Assembly: GCF_018977255.1 (NCBI RefSeq)
Contig: NW_024704743.1
Span: 78,246,001-78,310,000 of the forward strand
DNA length: 64,000 nt
Origin: Callorhinchus milii
Lineage: Eukaryota
Direction: 5' to 3'
Shown in pieces: positions 13,101-25,940 of this stretch. Numbering within the stretch: position 1 is the stretch's first letter; every line of letters begins with the position of its first letter. The position numbers and the translations under genes were made by a program. The notes under the pieces are model-generated. The model saw nothing but the letters and a program-made list of their open reading frames with translations. It searched no databases and was not told the origin of the DNA.

Positions 13101-15364
13101 GGCGTTTCACAAATTCAGGGGTGTGTGGATGTCCTGGATTTAACCACGTTTGCCTACAAAATACAATCACGTTACTTTACAGTAAATCTTGAGAAGGACT
13201 TTGAAACATACTCTTGAAGTGAAAGATACTATACAGTATCAAAGGTAAGGGTTATTATTATGTTCATATGTGACCTGGAAGTACTCAATGCCAATAAAGA
13301 GGAAAAAGCAGAAAATCTTCCAATCTTCACCGTGACAAGTACATTGCTTTTTTTAAAAAAAATCTGTTTAAGGGGATTACAATGCCAATCAAGTATTTTT
13401 CTACATTATTCATATATCAAATGCAAAGATATAAAGTAATGCATTACCAAATTGGCAATCATGGAATGATCAACTTTAGAAAATTATTTTCACCGAAAAC
13501 TGCATAGTTTAATATTAACAATCCTTGCATTTGATATAGTGCTTATAGTACAGTGGGACACCTCAAAGTGCTTCACGGGATATTACTGAGGAGCACAGCA
13601 ACTGTGTATTTGTAATAATAATAATACTTGCATTTGATATTGCGCTTTTTCACATCTTCTCGACGTCTCAAAGCGCTTTACAGAATAGACTAAGCAATTG
13701 TAAGCAAGAAGCAAGCTAATGCTGCAGCACAAAGCAATATCCCACAAACAGCTCTGAAGTGAGAGACCAATTTTACTTGAGGACTTTTCCTCGTTAATGG
13801 CATATAGAACACCGGAAGAAACCCCTTTCTCTTTTCAAAGAGTGCACAGGATCTTTAACATCCATCTGAACAGGCAGACAGCACCTTGGTTTTAATATCT
13901 CATCCGAAGTGCGGCACTTCTGTCAATACATCATACCCCCAGAGTAGTGTCAGCCTATAGAAATTCAAAGTCCCTCAAAAGGCCTTGAACCCTCAAAACC
14001 CTTCTGACTCAGAGGTAAGAATGTTACCAACGAAGCCAAGTTGATACCTGAAGAAACCCAGCTGTGAGCTTTCTTAAATCGCAACTTAAAATTCCATTTG
14101 ATTAAGTATTTAAGTTAAAGTTGCAGGTCTACAAATCGACTATATTTCTTGCAGTCACAGTCAAATACTGGAAATTTATTGCTCAGTTTAAATAATATAA
14201 ATTTCAATGAACTAGTGCAAATGGCACATGTATCTGAATCATTTCAGAATGTAAATTTGCATCTGTGTACAAGTTAATGGCACTATGATCGTTCCTACTT
14301 AGCTTCCTGTAAGATACTTTTCAATCCTCTGAAAAACAATTGCCACTGCAATTAAGACTAACAAAACCCATCTCCTTCTCCCATTAGCTCCTGAAGTACT
14401 CAGAAAGAGGCTGCACAATGTCCCCTTCCTTTTGTTGTCACCTCTCCTCTTCCAGTCCAAGGATGACATTGTTACTTTTTTTTTAAAAAAAGATGCCAAG
14501 TTCATAGCATTTCTAAATGCAATGTTTCTTCACTATGTCATTGCAGAATTGCTTCATGTGGATATGAGCTGTAATATCCTGAGTGCCCTGTGCTGCAGAT
14601 TCAACATTGTCACTGCCGGACACATTCTGAAGCATTACAAGAAGCCAATAATACAAGCTTGAAAGTCATATTCCCCCCAATTTCAGATGAATTTGTTCAA
14701 CTTTATGTACACCCAAATTTGCTGGTGCCAAGGTCCCATTCACTGTAAAAGTGATTGATGCAGCTGTCAGCCCTCTCAGCTGTTAAAAGCTGTGTGGGTG
14801 ATGATAGAGGTGGTATTAATGGAAGCATTCATTGTGTTGAATATTTTTATTTAACTGGGGACTACAATAGTACTATTTTTGTCTCTCTCCCCATCTCGAG
14901 CTAAAGACATTCCTGGTATGATCTTGCCTCACCACAATACACCACCTTTACTGAGGTAAGATGCTTTAATGCTCTTTACGTCAACAGAACCTGTTTAACA
15001 GGCAGAATCACCATCATTAGCTGACTCATGTTTTTTTAATCTGCTGCCTCAGAGCATTGTAGGTGCCTCGTGTGGTTCTAAACATTGAACAATTTAGAGG
15101 AAATAAACATACAACTAGGGATTGTGTGTAAATATTTTGTTGGAAATGGGCTGACTCATTACTGCCAACATTAAAAAAAAACTTACAACAAACAAGGCTC
15201 TATTGAGACTCACAACAAACATTACAGTCATGCTAACATTCAGGAAGCAAAGCAACCTCCCAGCCGAAATCTTGAGATAGGACACTTTACAAGGAAAAGA
15301 AAACATACTTGTAGCACTTACTCTCCAAGATGAGTGATAATCCTTGCATTCATATAACATCTTA

Positions 15365-15775
15365 TCAACAATAACAACTTGCACTTATATAGCGCCCCCC
15401 AAACAGAGTAGTGTCTCAGAGAGCTTAACAGTGGCGGAGTCTGACTCCGAGCCACAGGGTGGGGGGAGGTGGCCGTGAGCACGGTGGAACAGGAAAATCT
15501 TCAAGCAAGACCTGAAAGAGGGGACAGAGAGGGCAAGGCGGAGGGATTGAGGGAAAGTGTTCCAGAGTTTTGGGGTGTAGTGGCTGAAAGCACAACCTCC
15601 GATGGTGTGGCGGAAGGTGCGAGGGGCGAGCAGGAGGCCGGTGCCAGTCAAGCGGAGGTGCCAGGTAGTGGGAAATGAGGAGGTTGGAGAGGTACGGAGG
15701 TGCCAGGGAGTGAATGGATTTGAACACGAGAGTGAGGATCTTGAAGCCAATCCGTTCGGCGATGGGGAACCAGAA
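15365..15775 (-). mobile_element. L2 3' fragment nested in a SINE remnant
   Basis: FKSIHSLAPPYLSNLL / GGCAFSHYTPKLWNTFP motifs. Confidence 0.8.
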
Positions 15776-16822
15776 CTGGTGAGATGTGGGTACGGGTTAT
15801 CACGTCATTGAGACCTCTCAAAGCGCTTCACAGAATATACTGTGAAGTGGATTGACTGTGTACTTTGTGGGTAAAACACGGCAGCCCAGTTGCACACAGA
15901 GTGTCCCACAAACATTTGTGGATTTAGTGATATCAGTGAACAAGATTTTGAATGTGCAAATCATTATGTTGGAATGTAACAAGTACACCTTTATTTTGCA
16001 GAAATACGTTTGCTCTTCAGTTCCTAAAGGCACATGGACTGTCTGACCCACCTTCACTCAATTTCTGTGGAATTTCAAGTACAGAATCATCAAAATAATG
16101 CAACAGGTGCACTGCCTACCACCAAAACTAGTATTCCCTGAAAGAGAGAAAATCCAACTAATTCAGAATATAAATTAATTTATAAAACATTGGCCCTACA
16201 TATGCTGTACCAAGTTTACAGTAGCGCATCTCTTGTGATCCCCGTTGAAGAATCCGTCTCTAGTTATTGAAAGCCCACTCCCTCCCCCCAAACACATGAG
16301 TACACACACAACGAATTGCAGACTTGTGTTGCCGATAAAGGTCTAAACTACAGCACTTAGGGATTCACAAACAAAAGGCAGGATGCATTAACGCTTGCCA
16401 GAAGATTGCTTACTAACTAACCACCGGGGTAACCCCAGTACTGAAAAGCACATGTGCTGTGTGTGTGTGTGTGTCCTCCACTTAAAGCTTCAATAGGTTG
16501 ACACTGCACTGTAACTACAATGTAACCATTGCATTGGTTACACAGTGTGACTGCAGTGGAGCTGTGCTGCTGGATGGCAGGGATGGATCACTGCAGGATT
16601 TGCTTCAGGAATGCAGGTACCGACGGCGATGTCGCTTCACGGATTAAGACCCAGAAACAACACAGATCCTCAGCATCAGTTTGTGCCGCCGAAAAGCCCA
16701 ACACTTCACCAGGTCCCAATCCATCACTTCTCACACACACACACAACACACACATAAAAGGATGAATGAAGCTTCTCATCTGATGCTTTGCTCGTGCTTT
16801 TGTACTTTTATTATCCCCCCCC

Positions 16823-17238
16823 ACACACACACATACATACAGACACACACACATATACACACACACACACACATACAGACACACACACACACACACATAC
16901 AGACACACACACACACACATACACACACACATATACATACACACACACATATACATACACACACACACATACATAGACACACACACACACATACATAGAC
17001 ACACACACACACATACACACACATACACACACACATATATACATACACACACATGTACACATACACACACATATACACATACACACATATATATACATAC
17101 ACACATATATATACATACACACATATATATACATACACACACACACATATGCATTCACACACACATACATATACATACACACACATACATAGACACACAC
17201 ATAGACACATGTCACACGCACACATACATACACACACA
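16823..17238. repeat. Compound (CA/TA)n microsatellite
   Basis: Direct reading. Confidence 0.97.
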
Positions 17239-17573
17239 GGGAAATATGCTTTCTTCCTCCTGAAGATCAACCTCACTCACCGGCCGCCAAAAATCAGCGA
17301 TAGTCCATTCACTTAACTTAACAGAAAACTTTTTTTTTCTTCCAAGAATAGACGGACAAAACAAAGTAACATACGGTGCATGTGCGTGCTTAAAAGGTTT
17401 TTATTTGGTTTTTTTGTGTGTGGGGGGGGAGGGGGGGGAATAATTATTATTGGGGGAAAAAAGGCAAGAAAAAAAAACCCTAATCATTGGGGGGGGGAAT
17501 AAAAAAAATCACCAGTTAACAAAAATCAGACGGACAAAAACAAAGCGAGATAGTGTCTTTGCAGATTGAAAGC

Positions 17574-17856
17574 GTGTGGGGGTGTGTGTGTGTGGGGGGG
17601 TTGTCTGTGTGTGGGGGGGGGGTGGGGTTGTGTGTGTGTGGGGGGGGGGGGTTGTCTGTGTGTGTGTGTGTGGGGGGGGGTGGGTTGTGTGTGTGTGTGG
17701 GGGGGGGGTTGTCTGTGTGGGGTGTGTGTGTGTGTGGGGGGTGTGGGGGGGGTTGTCTGTGTGGGGTGTGTGTGGGGGGGGGTTGTCTGTGTGGGGGGGG
17801 TTGTGTGTGTGGGGGGGGGGGGGGTTGTCTGTGTGGTGTGTGTGTGTGTGTGTGTG
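17574..17856. repeat. G-run/(GT)n minisatellite-like tract (unit ~GGGGGGGTTGTCTGTGTGT)
   Basis: Direct reading. Confidence 0.93.
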
Positions 17857-18095
17857 AGGGGGGAGTGGGGGGGAATCATCATCAATGAACCAAAATGGGT
17901 GGGGGAAAAAAAAGCATGATCATCATCGGGGTGGGGGGGGGGGATGCAAAAAAAAAAAAGGATGGAAATGCCATGTGCCCCCAGACATCCCCCCACACCC
18001 CCCCCCCCCCCCCACACCCACACCCCCCAAAAAATAAAATAAAATAAAATAAAAAGTGGCGTTTAAAATTAAAATAAATGTGCCGTCTTCCTTAC

Positions 18096-18648
18096 CCAAA
18101 TTGACGAAGCTCATGACCATGTCGGCCTGGTTGAGGAAGGCGCTGTCCTGCAGACTGGCGAGCGGGGGGCTGCGGGGGCTGGAGGGCTGGTGGCTGGAGC
18201 CCCCTCTCTCCTCGCCTTCCTCCTCCTCCTCCTCCTCCTGTTGCTGCTGGTGGTGCTGCTGCTGCTGGTGGTGCTGGTGGTGGTGGTGTCCGGCGCGGCC
18301 GCCGCTGGCGGCGGTGGACATGGCGTTGTACAGGTCGAGCATGAAGAGCGGCGCCGAGTTGCGTTTGCCGTGCGGGTGCGGTCTGGGGCGGTGCGGCAGC
18401 CCCAGGATGGACAGGATCTCCCGCTGCATGTCCCGCCGCTCGTGCTGCCGGAGCCGGCGCTGCAGGAAGCTGGAGTGCGCCTCGCCCGAGCCCGAGTAGC
18501 TGTAGCCCTGCCCGCCGCCGCCGCCGCTCTGCAGGAGGCTCGCCCCCGCCGCCGCCGCCCACAGCCACTCCAGCAGCAGGCAGCAGCCCCACAGCAGCCC
18601 CAGCGCCGCGCCGCGCTCCGCCGCCAGCACTCCCAGCCCACAGCGCAT
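18096..18648 (-). CDS. BMP6: BMP5/6/7/8 (60A) subfamily gene, coding exon 1 (signal peptide + N-terminal prodomain); most similar to BMP6
   Basis: ATG at 18648. Translation contains [48 protein letters not shown] and [25 protein letters not shown], then a phase-1 donor TTG G|GTAAG (GT at 18095-18094). SAPLF and SAFLN favour BMP6; the BMP5-type PFxxGKQxSSAP is absent. Subfamily is near certain, paralog identity is less so. Confidence 0.8.
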
Positions 18649-19030
18649 CGCCTTCAGCGCCCCGCGACCCCGAGCTCAGCGCTGCTCCCTCCCTCCCTCC
18701 CTCCTCACTCACTCACTCACACTCACTCCCTCCCTCACACTCACTCACTCACACAGCGCTGCTCAAGCTCTCGCTCTCGGTGCACTGCCGGTCCAGTGCC
18801 TCTCTCTCCCTCCCTCTCTGTCTCTCTCCCACCCTGTGCTGAGCCCGTGTCCCCGCTTCCCTCCTTCACATGTTGGGAGTGAAGCGAGTGGCGGCTCAGC
18901 TCTCACAGCAGGTAACCAACCCTCCCCAGCGGCTGAGCGACAAGCGCCGCCCCCCCCCCGCCCCCCCCGCCCCGCCCCGCCCACCACAGGCGGGACTGCA
19001 GCCCCTCAGCCCAGCACAGCCCAGCGCAGC
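18100..19030. promoter_or_regulatory. CpG-island promoter/5' region of the BMP gene with GC boxes
   Basis: Very GC- and CpG-rich compared with the AT-rich flanks; tandem CCCCGCCC boxes at ~18947-18982, upstream of the ATG on the minus strand. Confidence 0.65.
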
Positions 19031-19760
19031 GCTCTGACTAACACTCACTCCAACACCAACCACAACCAACCAACCAATGGTTTCTTTGACATGAGTGTCA
19101 ATGTATATTCTATCTGCACACAATTGTATATGTGGTATAGCCCCCCCCCAGCACTGCGCTCAGGAAACACACTTCGCATTCGGCCGAATAGATAGATAGA
19201 CCTTCCATCGTCTCTGGGATCGAGGCGTCCTTTTACCATAGGGTCACTTACCAACTGGAATCAAGAGATCGTCTCGAGATAGGCGTTCACCTGCAAAGTA
19301 CGCAGTCACTTTGCAGCGAATCCTGTGAAGCGCTTTGAGACGCGCTCCAGACGTGAAAGGCGCTACGTTAAATGCGAGGCTTATTATTATAGATGAGGGC
19401 GGCAGCTTTATTGACTTGAGTGCCGGCACTGCCTGCCTTCGGGTGGTTTGGTAACTTGGCCAGCGCTCGCCATGCTGCGTCGGTGCTGTGCGGAGACAGC
19501 GGGCTGCGCAATTGAAGTATTTATGTAATTGAACTAATTGGGACAGGAAGGATACCCCTCCCCAAAAACTGGAAATGTTAGTGAAAGGGAACATTGACAT
19601 TTGAAATGAAAGCACCCTGAGGTTCATAATTGGGTAAAAATTTATGTCAAGAACTTTGGGGGTGGGGATGGGGGAGAGAGAGGAGGTCTGAGTGGATGAT
19701 TTTGTTCTTTTAGGTTAGGTGGATTAAATGTGTTTATTTTTAATTATATGATCCGATTCA

Positions 19761-20075
19761 GGAGTCCTGTAGCTCAGTTGTTAAAGCGCTCAACTCACAA
19801 GCGAGAGGACCTGGGTTCGATTCCCAGGCGGGGCGAAATGTAGGGTAAGTTTCCTTACTCCACACACACGCCTCTGTTTACCTAGCAGTAAGCAGGAAAC
19901 CACTTTTTCCAGGGGTAATAATTCCATCAAAAAAAATTGGTCACTCAATCCACAATAACTGTTTGTGGGAAACTGCTGTGCGCAATTGGCTGCCGCGTTT
20001 TGCCCACAAAATATAAAGTCAATTCACATTATGGTATATTCTGTGAAGCACTTTGAGACGTCTCAATGACATGAT
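19761..20075 (+). mobile_element. tRNA-derived SINE, tail-to-tail with an opposite copy (~20075-20330)
   Basis: A/B boxes (TAGCTCAGTTG, GGTTCGATTCC) and shared family body. Confidence 0.85.
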
Positions 20076-21547
20076 AATAATAATAATCCTTGCATTTGAT
20101 ATAGCGCTTTTCACGTCTTCTAGACGTCTCAAATCGCCTCACAGAATATACTGTAAAGTGAATTGACTGCATATTTGTGAGCGAAACATGGCAGCCAATT
20201 GCGCACAGCAATGTTCCACAAACAGTCGTGGATTGAGTGACCAAACTATTATTTAATTATTTTTTTCTTGAGGGATTATTATCAGGCATGTGGAATAAGG
20301 AAACTTGCCCAAGGTTTCGCCCTGGCGGGATAAGGTGCAATATCAAATGCAAGGATTTTTTTTTCAAGGTTCACACCTACGTCAACGTTTTGAGTTATAG
20401 GTTGAGAGGAACTTTGTTCCAGAAAAATATTTGAGAATGCATTTCTCTTAAGTTTAACATTAATATAAATAGCACCTGGCTCTCCTGGTTGCCCATTAAC
20501 TGGATGTTGGTATTTCAGTGGTTATCTTGTGCATTCCTTGCTGCCTGATAGTGAGGCACTAAATAGTTAGTGTTTTACACCAGAAATGTCCAGTGGCATT
20601 CATTGTCTGTTCACTTGTGAAATCTAGGAATTGTCTGAGTGCTTCGGTCATTACATGTATTTTACAGACATAGACAAAACTGTATATTGAGTGGGGTATC
20701 ATAATGTAAAGTTCAGTTTTGCAACTTTTGTATGAAGCAGTTAATATTTGTTCAATGTAGATATTGCTGTAAAATATTAATTATTTCTTCCATCATAATG
20801 CATTAGACACAAACCAATCATGTAATTAATTTAAATATGATCAATAAAGTGCTAAGTCTTTTGACAGAAATACTGTACACTATGAGGCAGGGGTTACCAA
20901 TAACTCACTCAAGAGCATAGAAATTGGGTTTGTCAAACCAGTGGAGAAGTCAACATAAAATTTCAGATATCTGAGAATATGATTCTGAAAAGTGCACATT
21001 ACAAAACTCAACTTGTGTTTGTAATTGAATCCTGACTGCTCAGGGGGACCTCACTGTCTATACAATGGCTGCTTCAATTACCTTCAATAAAAACAGTTAC
21101 TACACTTCACAAACATTACTACACTATTCACTACTCATCTCTGGAACTTGATCCAAAGAAGATTTTAGTTGCTAAACTAAAGAAATACATTAAGACGACA
21201 AACATTCACAAATAAAACAGAGCCTGGCCCCTACAGTACACAGTGGCTCATTCAATGAAACAATAAAGACTACAAATAATGTAGACAACACTTTGTGACT
21301 TTTGGACATGAAAATTCACTCTACAAAAGTTTTCTTCTTTCTTAATCATGTTAATAATAATGATAATAATAACAACAATAATAATGTTCCTGTGAGAGAC
21401 TGAACATTAACATTGTAATGATAATAAATCCAGAAATCAAAAGCTTGAATTAATACAATTTCTGGAATACAATTAACAGATCTTTTAATCACTTCACCCA
21501 AAAACTGACTCCCTTTCTCCAATTGGGAGATACTGTACTTGTTTAGA

Positions 21548-21579
21548 GACGCCATCTGGAGCTATAATTAGGAACTGCA
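21548..21579 (-). promoter_or_regulatory. Candidate CTCF site with upstream motif
   Basis: Minus strand TGCAGTTCC-taattata-GCTCCAGATGGCGTC. Confidence 0.4.
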
Positions 21580-24500
21580 AGAATTGAAACTGTTCAAATT
21601 TAGGTGCATGCTTGGCTCAAACATTAATCAGTTTTCTCATGTTAAATACTGATTAGTCTCTGAGGAATTTACAGAATGTTCTGTTTTTTATTTCAAATTT
21701 CTAGTAACATAGTAATTACCTGTTTATCTATGCCATTTTTTTAAACATAATAAGCTGTCCATCTAGAATGCCAAAATATTTCACAGTGGTTCCAGATAAT
21801 TGCTGTCAAGTGAAAGTGATTGTATTTCATACACAAACACAGCGACCAATTTGCCTACAGCAGGTTCCACAAACAATCACCATTTTATCTGGAGAATTGT
21901 TCATCAGGATATCAGGAGAAACTCACTGCTTTTCTCGAATTTTGACATGGGATCTTTAACAACCAGATGGGATCATGATTTAAAGGCTTATCTGAAGGAT
22001 GGCAACTTTGACAATGCAGCGCTCTGCCAATAATGTACTGGAATGTCAGCCTAGACCATGAGATCAAAGTCCTCAAGTGGGACTTGAACACACAACATTA
22101 TAATAATAATAATAATCCTTGCATTTGATATAGCGCTTTTCACGTCGGGAGGTCGTCCCAAAGCGCTTCACAGAATATACTGATTTGTTGGCAAGAAAAC
22201 TATCAAATGATTCAAGCTGACACCCATGATTAGAGGGCCACATAATAAGTTGTAATATCCAAGAAGTTATTGATTAATTTTAATTTCATTACTAGCATTT
22301 TTTCCCTTCTGGTTTATTTACTAAACTACATTGACAGAAACATTTTTTAAAACTAAACTAGACTTGCAATGTTAAAAATGAAAGCTTACTGAAACCTATT
22401 ATTGATGTTCCCACCTGCCTTGAATATTTAAAATTCCAATGGCGTTGGTGTGGGTTTTCCTGAGTGCCAAAGGTGGGTGCAGCCAGATCGGTGTCTCTAA
22501 AAGCTTTGGGGTTCAATATAAGTTCAAACAAAATCTGAGGCATATATGGTACTGAATGAATGGGGTGAAAGCTGGACTGGAGAGGTTCATACAAGGAGTG
22601 CTGGAACAGGAAAGAGCAAAGCTGTGAGGCCCATAAAATAAAGGGAGGAATTGTGAAGGTATCAAGATGGATGTACACAATCTTCTTTTGGGGGCTGGAT
22701 CTTTTAGGGCTGGACTAATTTGATTTCTCAGGAAACTATAATAGTAATCCTTAAAATAATAAACATAATAATCCTTGCATTTGATATAGCGCTTTTCACA
22801 CCTTCGAGACATCTCAAAGCGCTTCACAGAATATACTTAAAGTGAATTGCCTGTATATTTCGTGGGCAAAACGCGGCAGCCAATTGTGCACAGCAGTGTC
22901 CCACAAACAGTTGTGCATTGAGTGACCAAATTATTATTGTTTTTTACATTTTCTTGAGGGATTATTATCAGGATTGTGGAGTGAGGAAACTTGCCCAAGA
23001 TTTCGCCCTGCCGGGAATCAAACCCAGGTCTTTCACTTGCGAGGCGAGGGCTCTAACCATTGAGCTACAGGACTTCTAACCCTTCCATTTGATACAGCAC
23101 ATGTAATGTCAAAATATCTCAAAGCGAGTAATTTCTGTAAAATATAGTGATTGTGTATTTGTAGGCAAATGCAGGAAGACAATTCTGTCTTACCCCTCAA
23201 ACAGTCTTGAAGTGAATGACCAATTTATTTGGAGGATTATTAGCCAGGGCAACAAGAGAAACTAAATCCCTTCTGTTTTTGATTAGTGCTATGGCACAAG
23301 ATATACCAATGCCATTAATATTTGGCTTAGAGATGCTAATTGAAGACTCAAACTAGAAGATTTGTAGTGTTAACTGAACCAAACATCTTTTTGCCAATAT
23401 TTTACTCCTCCTCTCTTGAAGGTACGGACTGTACAGTTCACATGCGCTGCCTGCCTTTTGACCCCTCATGTAAGAGGCCATTTATCATTTGCATGCATTG
23501 ACGATATATTCAACCATGTCAAGGGGGTGGATTACAATATCACAAGAGAAAAGTGCTTGAGGTCTACACAGTTTGGTATCTGCTTACCAATATGATCTTG
23601 GCCTCAATAAACCACATAAAACAAATTGCATGTAATCAGCTCCTTTCACCTTGGGAAAACATCTCAAAACACTCTATATTGTTGACTGAGCAACCAAACT
23701 GGAGGCGACGGGTAACTGAAGAGAGTGTATGATGGTTGCAAGGGATGAAAGATGACCAAAAGTGCGATCAAAAAGTATATATGTTTGTATGTATGTTTCG
23801 CCCATAAAACATAGTCAATTCACTTTACAGTATATTCTGTGAAGTGCTTTGAGACATCTAGAAGACATGATAAGACGCTATATCAAATATCAAATGTAAG
23901 GATTATATTATTATATAAGTCTTGAAGTAGGCTATGAAAGTGACAGTGATGAGGTGGAGGGACTTAAGATTGAGTTCCATAGAATGGCCAGAAGCTCTCC
24001 CACCGATAGTGGTCTAGATAGGGATAGGGCAGGGGACATGAAGCAAACTGCTGTTCACTGAACATGCACAGCAGAAGTTACTGGATGGCGATAAGGAATT
24101 TACCTGAATTTAACCCCTTCCTAGCCCAGACCCCACTGAAGCAAACTGTGAAGAAGATACTTGAGAAAAATGCCTCCAGCCATGGAACTTTACTCCTGTG
24201 CAGGCTATCTTCAGGAAAGCATGGAAAATACAAAAAGTGCAATAAACATACTTATTTAGGATGTACCCCAAGTAATTGTTCCCTATACTCTTTCATAACT
24301 TAGCTGGCAGCTTGCTCTCAATTAGATTTTCCAGTTTTAGGAAACGGACGGGAAAAGGAGATTGCTTTCAATCTGTCTGAGAACAGACCACACAGACAAT
24401 AATGGGAGGCATAAGACATGATCCAGGGAGATAAACTTGGCTAACATCACTGGAATGCATTTACTCCGTTTTTATTGAGGAAATGAATGACATAAAGGGA

Positions 24501-25179
24501 TTATTTAAACATAAACTGCTTGTTCTTTTTCTTAAAAAATAGCTGTGTAGCATTCACAATGCTTACCCATAAGTTTATTTAAGGTTCAGTAATAGGATAA
24601 AGTCACTACACTATACTTTCACAGTAAATCCTGTGCAGCACTTTGAGATGTCCTTCTGAAGTGAAAGGCTCCATGTTAAATGCAAGGATTACCTCATGCG
24701 AATGGCATAAGCAACAGGACACAGGAGACCACACGGCACCAATTAACCATGACAATTTAGACAGAAGTGCTTGAAGTCCACGCAGTCTGGTATCTGCTCA
24801 CCAATAACATTTCCTGATTTTCTGGTCTTCGTACTACAAAGCTCATACCGAATGCCTGCTATCTGCTATTCATTTAGTGACAGTTCTAACCTGTCAAATT
24901 TGCTTATTGAGTGTTAAATGGCCAACTAGAAACTATCCTCTGTAGCAGTGTCTTTTTGGAGGTGAGCTGCCTCAAGGATGACGTGCTTAGCAATGAAATG
25001 TAAGAATCAAATCAAGCTTCTGAGTTGGTTGTGTTATTCCTGTTCCTGAGCCAGAGGTCCATAGAACTCCAGGGCACTGCTGATGACAGAGCAGCCAGCC
25101 TGGCCCTTCAGCAGGACTGTGAGGGGCAGACCAGTCATTGGGAGCAGGGATTCTTCTCAGTCTGTTCTTGTTCACCTTG

Positions 25180-25940
25180 CAACAACAAGATTACATTTGT
25201 ATAGCTCTGGACAATGTACAGCATTTCAGACCTAAGCTGGGGTCAGGGAGGGAGGAGGGGAGGAGAAGGGGGGTGAATGGTCGAAAAGGAGAGTTTTGAG
25301 GCAGGACTTGAAGGAGGCTAAGGAGGGGGCGAGGCGGAGTGATTGGGGGACGGAATTCCAGAGGTTAGGGGCAGAGTGGCTGAAGGCTCTCCCCCCAATG
25401 GTGGGGCGGGTGTTTCGGGGAACGTGGAGCAGGCCTGAGCCGGCTGAGTGGAGGGAGTGAGCAGGTTGGTAGGGGGTTAGGAGGTCGCAGAGGTAGGGTG
25501 GGGCGAGGCCATGGAGGGCTTTGTAGCTGAGGACCAGGTTCTTGAACTGGATCCTCTGAAGGATAGGGAGCCAATGGAGTCGGGTGAGAGTGGGGGAGAT
25601 GGGGTCGCGGAGTTTGGTGTGGGAGAGGACACAGGCTGCAGAGTTCTGGATTATCCGCAGCCTGTGGAGGGAGGAAATGGGAAGGCCAACAAGCAGTGCG
25701 TTTGCATAGTCGAGCCTGGATGTGATGAAGGCATGAACAAGAATTTCAGCGGCCTGAAGGGTGAGGTTGTGGCAGAGTCGGGCGATGTTGCGGAGGTGAG
25801 GGAAGGGAGAGCGGGTCATGGCTTGGATGTGGGGAAGAAAAGACAGTTGAGGGTCGAACATGATACCTAGGTTCCTGACTGGCTTGGTGAACTTTAGTGT
25901 GCAACCATGGAGGTTGATGCTGCCAGAGCCTGGGGACATA
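25180..25940 (-). mobile_element. L2 3' fragment (ORF2 C-terminus, 235-aa open frame)
   Basis: VRNLGIMFDPQLSF..HAFITSRLDYANALLVGLP..LHWLPI..GGRAFSHSAPNLWNS. Confidence 0.92.

Noticed and set aside
16588..17919. Long Cys/Val, His/Thr and Gly-rich ORFs
   Set aside because: Translations of CA/GT microsatellites.
17923..18095. C-terminal extension of the 241-aa BMP ORF ([11 protein letters not shown]...)
   Set aside because: Read-through into intron 1 past the conserved GTAAG donor; low-complexity sequence.
1..18095. BMP exon 2 (expected FRFDL..IP.GE.VTAAEFRIYK)
   Set aside because: Not found by eye or in the ORF track; it probably lies beyond the left edge of the window.
18056..19195. Overlapping alternative-frame and antisense ORFs over BMP exon 1
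   Set aside because: Stop-poor GC-rich CpG island; no recognisable protein motifs.
19761..19835. tRNA-like sequences with A and B boxes (also 10090-10162, 40568-40640 and others)
   Set aside because: They are SINE heads continuing into SINE bodies, not tRNA genes.
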